DNA of 63,064 nucleotides, counting the filler, from Octopus bimaculoides (lineage: Eukaryota): the NCBI RefSeq assembly GCF_001194135.2. It is 6 parts of 5 records of this genome, joined end to end, with 100 filler letters (N's around TTAATTAATTAA, not from the genome) between each part and the next. Parts side by side here need not be neighbours in the genome. Positions count along the whole stretch, not along the records: positions 21,092 to 42,742 come from NC_068990.1; positions 42,843 to 49,823 come from NC_068990.1; positions 49,924 to 57,128 come from NC_069004.1; 3 more parts are not named here. One strand, written 5' to 3'. Positions within the stretch are counted from its first letter, which is position 1. Every line of letters starts with the position of its first letter. The notes beneath the pieces were generated by a model, which worked only from the letters and a program-made list of their open reading frames with translations, made no database searches and was not told the DNA's origin. The translations under genes and the position numbers were made by a program. Positions 39,610-51,929 of the stretch are shown here, in pieces.

Positions 39610-40513
39610 CATACACACACATATATATACACAAACCCACACACATACACACACTCTCTCTATATATATATATCTCATACACATGCATACACACACTGAC
39701 ACAGAGATAATCCTACAATAATGCTGATGAAGAATGCAGATTTCTAAAAAATATGAGGTACGTCTCTTTTCTTCAAGATAAACCAATTGTGTTGGAATTT
39801 CAGAAGGATTTACCATGTTGTATACTGAGGATATGCAATAATACAGAAATTTGGATCTTAGCAATTACACATCACTGTTGCAGAAAACTTTCCTTCTGCT
39901 ACTTATACACTACTGTGTTTTTAGTACTGTACATCTATGTGAGAAGTTTTATCAAGGCGAATACTGCAATTTTGTCTTTCAACAGTATATCAATGCGAAG
40001 TAAGATATACAAAATGATGCACTGAATCAATACAGCTTCCACCACTAATAACAAATATACATACATGTACATCTATCCATTTATGTTTGTATACATACAT
40101 GCAAATTTAAATACATTTATGTTTGTACACCTGTTCGTATGCATACATGCAAATTTAAATACACAAGTTTACTTATTCATTTGTATATATATTTACAATA
40201 TGCATACATATCCATTTCCATACACACATGGATATATATTTGTGGTAAAACATTAGTCCATATATTAATTCAAATCTAAATAAAAGAATTTATAATATAG
40301 ATCCAGCTTACAATTTATTCAAGTTATAGTTTAAAGTAAATACAAGTTACAGGAATAGATACTAACAGATTTAAATTCAGTAATTTATGAAATTTCAGTT
40401 AGATTATTTATTTATGATTAAGCTTGCTCTCAAAAAGCAATGTTTTGAATAGAGTTAGCAGTTATAAAAACTTTCAATTGCTATTTTTCATTAGATATTT
40501 AAGAAGATATGTC

Positions 40514-40600
40514 CATCTGATGAAACCTCATTATATTTAAATGGTATTTTATCATTCTTGAAAAACTCGTTTTTATTAATAGAATTGAAACAGCTGTAAT
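40514..40600 (+). ncRNA. Hammerhead-like motif with intact CTGATGA core and palindromic stem III
   Basis: CTGATGA at 40517-40523; 63-nt AT-rich, poorly paired stem II region; GAAA at 40587; ACAGCTGT palindrome and GTA triplet identical to 30645-30653. Confidence 0.5.
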
Positions 40601-40698
40601 TTATGAGATGTGTCATTTGTTTGTGTAAAATAATAAAATTGAATTGTTCAATTTATTGTTTTGCTTCCCATTTCTAATTTATATATATATATATATAT

Positions 40699-40779
<81 letters not shown>

Positions 40780-41004
40780 TGTAGTTTGGTTTATTTTCTT
40801 CCTCTTTCTCTATCTACTCTTCTTTATCCTACTACTTCATTCTTCCCCAAAACATTTTATTTTTCCCCAAAAAATAAAACGATCTATAGATGCCACGAAT
40901 ATAAACTGTCATACCAGACCTAATTTGCAGTCATGTTGCTCTACCCACAAGCTGAATCAAAAAGATTTATCAGGCTTGGAACACCAAAATTAGTTTAAAG
41001 AATG

Positions 41005-41190
41005 TGTCTTATTTTCTGTGTTTGTACCCCTCTCACAACCATCACTTGGCAACTGATGCTGGTATGTTTACATCCTTGTAACTTTATGGGTTGGCAAAAA
41101 GACCAATAGAATGAGTACTTTAAGGTGGTGTTCCAGCATGGCCACTGTCAAATGACTGAAAGAACGAAACAAGTGAAAGCATAAAAGAAT
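41005..41190 (+). mobile_element. SINE family B, 3' half
   Basis: ctgtgtttgtacccctctcacaaccatcacttggcaactgatgctgg...ccagcatggccactgtcaaatgactgaaa. Confidence 0.75.
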
Positions 41191-41407
41191 ACATACATAC
41201 ACATATATTTATGTATGTATGTATATATGTATATATATGTGTGTGTATATACATCTATATATATATATATATATCTATATATATATGTATATATCTATAT
41301 ATATATGTGTATATATATATATGTATATATCTATATATATATGTGTATATATATATATATGTATATATCTATATATATGTGTGTATATATATATATATGT
41401 GTGTGTG

Positions 41408-41450
<43 letters not shown>

Positions 41451-41605
41451 ATACATATATATGTATATATGTATATATTTATATATATATGTATATATGT
41501 ATATATTTATATATATATGTATATATGTATATATTTAGATATATATGTATGTATATGTATTTATTTATAGACTTCTCTCTCTCTCTATATATATATGTAT
41601 ATACA

Positions 41606-42258
41606 TTTAAATACAGTGTACACTTAAACACATCAGAGATGACCATAATAGGACATTTAACCCACTAGAAGGAGCAGTCAAAACTCCGCACCACAATTGG
41701 GGATAATTTCGAATGACAAATAAAAACATTTACCATCTATTTTCTGAACCATGGTTTCAAGCTATTTTTAGCAAAATAAATTAGTTTGCAAGGTCAGCTC
41801 TCATCAGCGGAAAAGCCAAGATTAACATATAAACACGAGGCACTACATAGAAACATGACTCGTACTTATATGCTAGGATTTTTCAAAATTTACAGCGCAT
41901 GTGCGGTTTTCTTATCAGCTGCAAATACAAAAAAAAATGCCAATTTTCTTTCAGAAATCAGCCAAAAAACATTTTATCATTATTAATAAATCTCAGGGTA
42001 GCCAAAAATCTTTAGAAATTTTATTTGCTACCAGTGGTCTAGCGACAAGAAAAAATTAGACAATAGACTATATATTATTCCTTTAAATACAGTGTACATT
42101 TAAACACATCAGAGATGACCATAATAGGACATCTAACCCGGTAGAAGGAGCAGTCAAAACTCCACACCACGATTAGGGATAATTTCGAAAGGGAATGAAA
42201 AATAAAAACATTTACCATCTATTTTCCAAACTATGGTTTCAAGCTATTTTTAGCAAAA
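41606..42258 (+). repeat. Local direct duplication of about 170 bp (41606-41776 and 42082-42258)
   Basis: Both copies run from tttaaatacagtgtaca to gtttcaagctatttttagcaaaa with scattered substitutions and a short indel. Confidence 0.9.
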
Positions 42259-42710
42259 CCATGGTTCGGAAAATATATATGTATATATTTATATACATAT
42301 AAGCATGTGTATATATATGTATGTATGTATATATGCATGTGTGTATGTATATATATACATGCACACACATACATATATACATATATTTGTTATATATATT
42401 ATGTGGTAATTGTATAGTGATGGCCTTCCATAGAGATTCTGTCAGCCAAATTTTACTCCAAAGATATTAGCCACTCACACTTATGGCATGGTGCACTTGC
42501 CCAGGTTGTTGCACAACAGTATCCAACAGAGAAGCACATGGTTGCAAAGAGATCATGTTAACTACGAATCATGCCTTAACCTATATACACGCAAACACAC
42601 ACATGCATACACATACACATTAATGAATATTTGTATGTAAGTTTACATGCACTTATATGCCTATGTTTCTTGTCTGTATACGTGCATGGGAACACGTTTA
42701 TATGTATACT

Positions 42711-42742
<32 letters not shown>

Positions 42743-42842
42743 NNNNNNNNNNNNNNNNNNNNNNNNNNNNNNNNNNNNNNNNNNNNTTAATTAATTAANN
42801 NNNNNNNNNNNNNNNNNNNNNNNNNNNNNNNNNNNNNNNNNN

Positions 42843-43375
42843 TATGATGCTATATCCCCTTCTAATTCGTCAAATGCTTCGAGTAGTATGTCCCTAAATC
42901 TCTGTCCATATGCAGGATCTTTAAGCTTCCAGACCCTTCTCCTCCAAGCCGGTCTACATCTGGGCATTCTTTTTGCCTTGATTTCGAAGTCGCTAACTAC
43001 TAACCTGTGTTGAGGAGTACATTCTTCGCCAGGAAGGTTTTGGCATTTATAAGCCACCCTCTTTCCCTATTTCTGGCGAGGATGTAGTCGATTTGGCTAG
43101 AGTGTCTGCCGGAACGGTAAGTGACTAGGTGACAGGCTGGTTTCCTGAAGTTGGTATTGCAAACCATAAAGTCGTTTGCATCACAGAACTCCAGCTGTCT
43201 GGTTCCCTCCTCAGTGCGGGAACCGAAGCCATAACCTCCCTGAATGCCATGAAAACCCCCTGCATAACGTCCTACATGACTGTTGAAATCACCAGCTACA
43301 AAGAGAAGGTCCCTGTCATTCGTCGACGAGGTAGTTTGCAAGGGGGTGTCATAAAATCGGTCTTTATAAATAAAT
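42843..43375 (-). mobile_element. RTE-clade LINE, apurinic/apyrimidinic endonuclease region (one frameshift), running into a gap
   Basis: KDRFYDTPLQ...LFVAGDFNSHVG...GYGFGSRTEEGTRQLEFCDANDFMVCNTNFRKPACHLVTYRSG..SQIDYIL...PGEECTPQHRLVVSDF shows the canonical APE motifs GDFN, IDYIL and QHRL. Confidence 0.95.
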
Positions 43376-44029
43376 AAAGACAGTGAGTTTGTTTTTCAAT
43401 AGTAGGGTTATAACTTTGGGCAAGCTCTAGAATTATTAGACTTCATCAGTAAATCATAGTATTAATTTGTTTCCTATATCTTACCAACTAGGTTTTTTTG
43501 TGCTCTTCTCATGCTTTTGTACATGTAAATACTACAAAGCCAAAAATATAAACATTTGAAAATAATGTCTTTACATTTTCAAAGTATTAAATATAAAATA
43601 TAATAGATGATAAAGTAACTCAATATGTCACATAGCTTATCTCTGCTATTTTGAAGTGAAATGAGTAATAAGCAAATATTCTTCTCAGCTCTTTGATAGA
43701 ATGCTAACTGTTGCTAACAAGTAGTAACTTTACTTAGAATTGAAAGACCTTGAAAATTGTGCTGTTGTTGAACAAGGTAAGGCTTGATTGAAAAAAAATA
43801 TGATTAAAAGCTTTCCAACCACAACCTACCTATTTTATTTTCTAGGTACTGTGTACTCAGTAGCACATTTTCTAAATGATGGTAGAGTTTAATTTGAGGA
43901 AGATTTGGCTGCTATTTCTAGGAAGTGAAGCAACTGTTAGGAAGCCCTTTGTTTCAGCTATTTTGTTGGCTTGATTCCCTTATTAGCTATTATCTAATTA
44001 AGTCAACTGAAACAAGTAGAATTGTGTAC

Positions 44030-44078
44030 CTTGTGGATGGAGTGTAGAGCTTCCTCGAGGTAAGACACGAGGACATTC
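44030..44078 (-). CDS. Candidate exon (49 bp)
   Basis: Acceptor tttcaaatcatttag, donor aag|gtacac. All three frames are open; the most protein-like is NVLVSYLEEALHSIHK. Confidence 0.2.
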
Positions 44079-44374
44079 CTAAATGATTTGAAAGGTCAAT
44101 ATTGAATAAATGTTCTATGTTGAAATGCAACAGCATATTTAAATTCAAACCACAATATTTTATAATTTTCTCAAATTGACGAGGCAAATTTTTTTTTACT
44201 AGAATAAGAATAAAACAAAAAACATACAGTGAAATTCTGGATTAAAGTGATGCTGCACTGAATATTTTAGCTGTATAATTTTCTGTGCTGTGTTACCATG
44301 TTGAGTATCTACTAGTCACTAAACTTAGTTTAGTGACGACTAGTAGATAATCAACACCTTTTGTTATCAAGAGG

Positions 44375-44567
44375 TATTAGCAAACTGTTGACAGTAGTTT
44401 TTGAGGAAAGGAGTAAGTCAATTATATTTACCCCAGTGCACAACTGGTACTTAATTCATCAACCCTAAAAGGATGAAAGGCACTTGGTGGAATTTGAACT
44501 CAGAATATAATGACAGATGAAATGCCATTAAGCATTTTGCCTGGTGCAGTAACAATTCTGCCAGCTC
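44375..44567 (-). mobile_element. SINE family A
   Basis: ttaccccagtgcacaactggtacttaattcatcaaccctaaaaggatgaaaggc...taagcattttgcctggtgcagtaacaattctgccagctc. Confidence 0.8.
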
Positions 44568-45659
44568 TAATAGCAAGTGCAAACAATATTCATAACAGTA
44601 TTAAAATTTGGATTTATACCTTTGTTTCCTAAAACAACAATGCCCATATACCATCTATGTGAGAAAACTTACATTAGTGAGGCCATGAAGGCTGGCAAAA
44701 GAAAAAGACAAACCCAAAAGAGTTCTGATAAGAAAAATAATGATCTTAATTCTCTTAAGACACTGAAAGAAAAAAAAAAAGGTATTGGAGGGGATATGCC
44801 GTGTGTGCAGATAAATTTTTTCACAAATTATAGTGTGGCTTACAATGCATTGCTTTTTAATTGAACCGAATTTTTTTTTTTTTTTTTTTTTTGTTAAAAT
44901 ATCACCATTATAGTATTTATATACCAGTGAAATTAAGAAATCAACTCCTAAATAAACGAAACCCTCAAATCCATCACTGTACACACACACACACACACAC
45001 ACATGCATATCTATGTTTGTATTTATGTATGTTTGAAGATAATCAAACCAAATTTTCATCATTGCAAGCTACTCACCCAATGAGTATTTTTGCCAAATTT
45101 TGTGAAAATCTATTGAGCCATTTTCCAGTAATTTTGCAAACACACAAACAAACAGATGAAGACAAGTGGTTACGATACCCTGCTTTTGCTTACGTGGACA
45201 GGGTAAAAATTAGAAATCGATCAAATTTTAAGGCTTTCTTTAAAATACTTTCCATGAATGCAGTTGGTTTTATCAATGCAAATGCAGTTTTAATGAAGCA
45301 CAGAAACATATTAAATGTGGAAGAGTGTTGTGCCAAATGACTAAAACTCATTACTCTTCAACCAGATGTTACTTCTTCTAAAGCACATCAAACACCCTGC
45401 TCCCATTAATAATGTTGATGAATTCAACATAAAAATTTATATTAATTTATATACATTTAATGTTACCTTTATTATTTATAATATAGGGTGGTGATGGTAG
45501 AATTACTAGTGTTAGACAAAATGTCTTGCTGTAATCATTCTGGTTATTTACAGTTTTCATTAAGATCCACCTAAAGTTGTTTTGTCTTTTATCCTTCTAG
45601 AGTTGATGAAAAATCACAAGTATCAATCAAGTATTGTGATTAATTTAATCAACTACAAA

Positions 45660-45940
45660 TCAAGAGCTGGAGTTCCAGAGACATTCCAGCATTATCTTTA
45701 ACTTTGTTCTGACCATTCCTGACATGGGTATCAAGTGCTGGTACCCTTTCCTTGAGCAATATTGATGGTATGAAGAGGGAAAACTTACTGCATGTACCAC
45801 CTGATCCAGTCCTGCACCCTAGAGTGGACTCTCTTATGTCAACTCTCCATGCTCCAACAATGCACATTAAAACTATATTTTCCAGGTGCAAATCCATGGT
45901 CATATGAGACATGGATACCAAAGAAGATTATTTATGAAAC
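45660..45940 (+). mobile_element. Possible ancient RTE-type RT remnant
   Basis: GVP.../IIFNFVL (GVxQGxxLSPxLF) and IKTIFSRCKS..SYETWIPKKII (TKxRIF...KSVLLYGSETW) in shifted frames. Weak. Confidence 0.3.
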
Positions 45941-46016
45941 TTTTTTCTCTCAATACTGTTACTATTTTTATAGTCATTAATAATAATATCCTTATTTTTT
46001 AATTTTTATTTATTCA

Positions 46017-48241
46017 CTAGCAGAGATACCCGGCATTGCCCGTGTTACATGCAATTGAAGGATGAGACTTTTCTGTTATATTTCCTGTAAGGAACTGGAA
46101 TAGATAAGATTTGAATTTCATCAAAATTGCACATGAGGGTTCTTTCCCACTTTACACACCCTAAAAAAATTCTAATCATGAGACATGTATCCCATACTAT
46201 TAATCTTTATGCACATATTCCAAAATTTCAGTCTTCTGGAACCTGTAAAAAGGATTTTGCTCCTGAAAAATGGNNNNNNNNNNTTTCAGTCTTCTGGAAC
46301 CTGTAAAAAGGATTTTGCTCCTGAAAAATGGAGCTCATGGAGCTCTAAAATGTGGGAATGAAGGTCCCTATTGGGGGTGGGTGTGTTAATGTCAACCAGA
46401 GAAGTTGAATTGTTGGGAATGTTTTTAACTTGGGTTTTATAGTACACCTGTATATATCTGAGAGTATAGTTTCACTTTAATAGTTTCAGTATGAAATTGA
46501 AAGTATTAAAGTGAAAGTATTTGAAATTACAGTAGCGACATGTTATTGTTTCATTTTTGAGATGTAATACTGAAATAGTGGAATAGTTTCATTGTTAAAG
46601 TGAAAGTATCTGACTTTACAGTAGAGTGATGTTATTGTTTCACTTTTGACACATAATACTGAAATAGTGGAGGAGATATGATATTGCTGTGGGCTCGAAC
46701 TATGCAAGAAGTTAAAAATTGTTTTGGCCTAAGACACTACATGGACCCTAAGTAAGGCATGTATTAATTTGGAATGAAATTGGTTGTGTAGTTCTCGAGT
46801 TTTATGGATTCCCACAGACACACATTCTCTTTATATATGTGATAGTTATGCGCATATTCGAAAATTCTAGTGTTATGGACCCTGTAAAAAGGATTTTGCT
46901 CATGAAGAATAGAGCTCTTGGAGCTGAAAAATGTAGGAGTTAAGGCCCCTATTGGGGGTGGGGGTGTTAATGTCAACCAGAGAAATTGAATTGTTGGGAA
47001 TGTTTTTAACTTGGGTGTAATATGTATTGTTTGAATTTCTTTGAAATAGGGTTTGTAAAAGAGAGTAAAGCTACAGGAAACCAAAAGACAAATGGTCACG
47101 ATAATCAGTCGGCTACCTGAGCGTAGTCGTTATTACTCCCCAATGTAGGATTCCTCACCATACAGGTGACAGGCACAGCTGTAAGANNNNNNNNNNNNNN
47201 NNNNNNNNNNNNNNNNNNNNNNNNNNNNNNNNNNNNNNNNNNNNNNNNNNNNNNNNNNNNNNNNNNNNNNNNNNNNNNNNNNNNNNNNNNNNNNNNNNNN
47301 NNNNNNNNNNNNNNNNNNNNNNNNNNNNNNNNNNNNNNNNNNNNNNNNNNNNNNNNNNNNNNNNNNNNNNNNNNNNNNNNNNNNNNNNNNNNNNNNNNNN
47401 NNNNNNNNNNNNNNNNNNNNNNNNNNNNNNNNNNNNNNNNNNNNNNNNNNNNNNNNNNNNNNNNNNNNNNNNNNNNNNNNNNNNNNNNNNNNNNNNNNNN
47501 NNNNNNNNNNNNNNNNNNNNNNNNNNNNNNNNNNNNNNNNNNNNNNNNNNNNNNNNNNNNNNNNNNNNNNNNNNNNNNNNNNNNNNNNNNNNNNNNNNNN
47601 NNNNNNNNNNNNNNNNNNNNNNNNNNNNNNNNNNNNNNNNNNNNNNNNNNNNNNNNNNNNNNNNNNNNNNNNNNNNNNNNNNNNNNNNNNNNNNNNNNNN
47701 NNNNNNNNNNNNNNNNNNNNNNNNNNNNNNNNNNNNNNNNNNNNNNNNNNNNNNNNNNNNNNNNNNNNNNNNNNNNNNNNNNNNNNNNNNNNNNNNNNNN
47801 NNNNNNNNNNNNNNNNNNNNNNNNNNNNNNNNNNNNNNNNNNNNNNNNNNNNNNNNNNNATACGTGTACATATACATCTATATATATACATGTATACATA
47901 TACATCTCTCTCTCTCTGAAACCATTAAATTGAAAGTATCTGTCATTACAGTATCGAAATGTGATTGTTTCAGTTAGTGGAATAGTTTCATTTAAAGTGA
48001 AAGTATTTGACATGAGTGTTTTTGTTTCACTTTTGACACGTAATACTTAAATAGTGGAGGAGATATTACGTTGCTGTGGGCTCGAACTATGCAAGAAGTT
48101 TAAAATTTGTTTTGACTAAAACACAACCGGGACCCTAAGTAAGGCATGTGTAAAATTTGAATGAAATTGGTTGTGTAGTTCTCGAGTTTTAGGGATTCAC
48201 TCAGACAGACAGACACACATTCTCATTTTTATATATATAGA
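46017..48241 (-). mobile_element. Non-autonomous Helitron-type element with internal duplications
   Basis: Minus-strand 5' end A|TCTATATATATAAAAATGAGAATGTGTGTCTGTCTG at 48241. 3' end cgggcaatgccgggtatctctgCTAG|T at 46017 (GC-rich subterminal sequence + CTAG). A/T insertion site, no TSD. Confidence 0.8.
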
Positions 48242-48249
48242 TTACATAC

Positions 48250-48341
48250 CTGGGCTTGATGATCCCATAAAGGGATCACTGGTCAATAAAGTTTCAGGGA
48301 CTCCTGACCTAGAGCTTTCAATAAACTGTCTTTGAAGAACA
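48250..48341 (-). CDS. Candidate internal exon (92 bp, phase 2-1)
   Basis: Acceptor catcattttctag, strong donor cag|gtatgt. Only one frame is open: VLQRQFIESSRSGVPETLLTSDPFMGSSSP. No homology recognised. Confidence 0.4.
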
Positions 48342-49249
48342 CTAGAAAATGATGATCTGCCTTGGTTGCCGTGTGGTGTGGAAAGTTTAATGTTTTGAAC
48401 CCTTGCATTTGTTTCTATTTACTCTCTTCAATGGTAAAAGTTTAAACATTTAGATTTTCTCTGTTTTATCATAATTGAGCTCACCAGCATGTTATGAATT
48501 CTCCATTTAATTTATTGTTGCCATCAAAGCCCCACTTCTTTCCTCTAGCTCAAAACCATATCCTTGTGTTACCAAGGTTTGAACTCATCCCCCTATGATA
48601 TGTTAGTCTGTTATTTAATACCATAATACCAGCAATTGTGTGAGGACTTAGTTAATATACTAATAGCATTGTCTAATAACAATGAATGAAACAAGTCTCT
48701 CATTCCACCCACTAAATTTTTAGCCTGTGTGAAATAGCTGTTAAAACCAACTTTTCATAGCTTAAAAATGTTTCATCTCTACAAAAGATCAAAGCTGTCT
48801 GCTTGACTGCCAGAGGTCGTCTTCTGGCAAGAAGTGAGGTTAGTTAATCAGTTGCCAAACAGTGTTTATAGGTGAAAAGGTGTTACCTTAAAAAGCATTC
48901 AAATTGTGACCATCCTATCTTTTTCTCAGATAGTATCATATATTGAGGACTACATTATCTTCTATGTCTTCTCCTTCTTTTCAAGATACATGGTGTAATT
49001 TGATGACCAAATTTAGTTTCTATTTCTAGAGGCCAAACAATCACATAGAGAGAGGCACTCTCATTTAGCAAAGTGTTTTGAGATTATATGCTCTCAGCCT
49101 TCACCAATTGGTCAAATAACTTGCACCAGTGTGCCCATCAACTCCCCTCCCTCTACATTCAATAATAATGGAACAAGACATACACATATACTATTTGCTA
49201 ACTGCTGTTATAAATGCCCATCCATTTATATATATATCATATATCAATA

Positions 49250-49823
49250 TCTATAAAAGAGAGGATGTTTGTGTGTGTGTGTGTACGTGAATGTGGTTTA
49301 TGCACGTCCACAAACTAGCATGCATGTCGCTCCAATTTTAGGAGAAGATTCGGAATGACTCTATGTGCATTTTAGTGAACTTTCTCTCTCAGAGGTACCC
49401 GCGTATACCTGTAAAAATCGATAAACTTTTACCAATTTTGAAGTTGACTTGGCGAAGTCAAATCTGTGCGTACGCGCGTGAAAGAGAGAGACAGACAGAA
49501 AGAAAGAAATAGTGTGTTTGTGACAGGGGGGGAGATACAGTGTTTGTTAGCTTCCAAAAAAAAAATGAAAAAAGTGGGTACGGCAAACAGAAATCAAAGC
49601 AAATTTTTCTAAGCAAGACAGAGTTTACTTTGCTAGCGTCTAAAAAAAAACAAAAGAACGAAAAAGTGGTATGGGAGGCAGAAAGCGTATTAGGAATGAA
49701 AATGTAGCTAAGACAGAGTAAGTGTAAAATGTAAAAGGCATTTCTTTTTCTTAAACATGAGATATAGTTTAAAATATACGATGTTTTTGAAAGACACTAT
49801 ATTCTATAATGAGATTATATATA
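49250..49823 (+). mobile_element. Second Helitron-like non-autonomous element (5' part; 3' end probably lost in the gap)
   Basis: A|TCTATAAAAGAGAGGATG(TG)n start, analogous to the 48241 terminus. No CTAG end is visible before the gap. Confidence 0.45.
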
Positions 49824-49931
49824 NNNNNNNNNNNNNNNNNNNNNNNNNNNNNNNNNNNNNNNNNNNNTTAATTAATTAANNNNNNNNNNNNNNNNNNNNN
49901 NNNNNNNNNNNNNNNNNNNNNNNTATATATA

Positions 49932-50172
49932 CAGGGTTGGTCAAAAGTCATCTGACAGTAAATGAAGAAACCCATTTAATTCCAAGATCAAAACAACAAA
50001 TTCTTTGATATAAGACTTCGCTAATAAATAGACGAATGCTGAAAAAAAAATTGTGGTTTTAACTTACAGCATTCAATTATTAAACATTCATAATTGGAAT
50101 GAATAAGTAAAATTGAATACTAAGTATTTATGGAATTTTGATTTACTTTTGCTTGTCTTTAGGTCAACCCTG
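49932..50172. mobile_element. Tc1/mariner-type MITE, 241 bp, TA TSD
   Basis: TA|cagggttggtcaaaagtca ... tgtctttaggtcaaccctg|TA. Confidence 0.75.
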
Positions 50173-50409
50173 TATATATATATTGTTGTTTTTTTCTTGC
50201 TTGTTCATGTTTGGATTGACTATGTATATATATAAATATATATATTTGAAGAAAAGCAACAAAAATTCATAAGTTATAACAGTACGTACGTTTCGTACAA
50301 ACTTCATTTATTTATGTAGTGTGAACACCACATAAGATGTGCCATGAAAATGTACTCCTCAGCTGCATAATGGAAGTTCAATTTTAGAAAATAGGGGAAA
50401 AAAAGAACA

Positions 50410-51300
50410 TAAACACACGAAGGTGACTACACTGGCCCAAGTCAAATTTTCGTTGAATAATATATACAAAACATTAAAATAATTAATTTACACAGCTCAA
50501 GCGTAAAACTGTTTCATCTCTGGCTTCCACATGCAAAAATCTGACAGTTTTGCTGGCTAATTCTACTCTTTTTCATTTTCCCCTGAAGGACAAATCTCGC
50601 AAATCCCTCGTAAGTTACCTGTTTTTTTTTTCTGTTTTTCTCTTTTGAATACTGAAATTATTTCTCCAGTTTCTTCATCATCAAGGAGTTCTTCAGCGAG
50701 CTTTTTTTTAGAAATTCATGTCTAAATTGGAGTTTGTTCTTCTATTTGAATTGTGGGTGCTTTTCAATATAATATAATAAAAAGGACTGTATGCTGCTGT
50801 ATCATTCAGGCTGCCATTGACTATCTTTTTGATGCTGATTTCACCGAATAGTTTCTACTCAGCTGATAAAGAGTGTCATAGAAGTTCTCGAACATTAGCA
50901 AAGACCCGAGGACATGTTTCATGCGAATTTAATGCTTTATCTACAAAGTAATATAGTATTGACAGAACCAATGCAGTTCAGTCTAATTTTCACAGAACTT
51001 TTTTTTAAACTCAAAGCCCACACTCAAGATGAAAAATAATTCTTTTACCAAAACCTTGGGATAAGAAATACAAGATAAATTATTAATATATAGTATCATT
51101 GACATAAATTAAATAATGTTTTATGTTGGCTTCAATACAAAAAGGAACCGCTGCAGGCACTTCCCTGTTATTGTTTCAAAAAATTGACTGTTATTTCTGG
51201 CTATTATTTCACGATAGAAATGTCAGAAACATGTGACAAGTCCACAATTTCTTCTAAATAGAGCATCACCTTGTTCCGTTTCTGAATATATTATTAGATT
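50410..51300 (-). mobile_element. piggyBac transposase fossil (pseudogenised, PGBD-like)
   Basis: YDTLYQLSRNYSVKSASKR*(W) (D..DQ...YS.KR..RRW), RHEFLKK/LAEEL, then a C-terminal cysteine-rich domain RGICEICPSGKMKKSRISQQNCQIFACG. Upstream GKC...KP is only weakly similar. Confidence 0.7.
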
Positions 51301-51579
51301 TGTGTGAAATATCATAAAGCATTAATGCCAGCGTGTTATAGATTAGAAATATTAGAATTTTCCTTTATTAGCGAAATACAACCCCCGCGTGATTATGTGA
51401 AGATTATAGGAAAACAATAACTGTGAGTTAGAGACAGTCTTTTAACAGACAGCTCGATCATTCGATTTTGCTCACGGAAAACTCAATGAAGTATCTATCT
51501 TTCATCCCACAAGCATTTACCAGTTGAATGTCTGCTGGAGGTGGTACCGCATAAAATGTAATCGAATGTAGATATTTTG

Positions 51580-51622
<43 letters not shown>

Positions 51623-51929
51623 TATAGATACATGTATTATGTGATAATGCTTCAAAAAGTAGAAAAGCACTCGATCAGCAAGAGAGTAAAGAAAATCTTA
51701 AACAAAAAATCCCAAATCTTGAAAATAGAGCTCCAAGGGTTTCTTGATCGAAAGAGTAATTTATTCCGCCATTTATCAAACTGGAAACAAAACCGTTTGA
51801 CAGTTGCCTTTTCAGCTGATAACGTTTAAACAAGCGACGCTTGTAGAGAGAGACAAAAAGGAAAAACACAAGGGAGATAACCCACGTTACAATAATTCGA
51901 TGCCAAGCAGAGGTAAACCAGATATTAAT

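Noticed and set aside
46225-46332. About 48-bp exact direct repeat either side of a 10-N gap
   Set aside because: Typical unmerged contig overlap (assembly artefact).
50587-50615. Apparent plus-strand 21-bp micro-exon (ccctgaag|...ctc|gtaagt)
   Set aside because: Lies within the antisense piggyBac cysteine-rich domain, so the signals are incidental.
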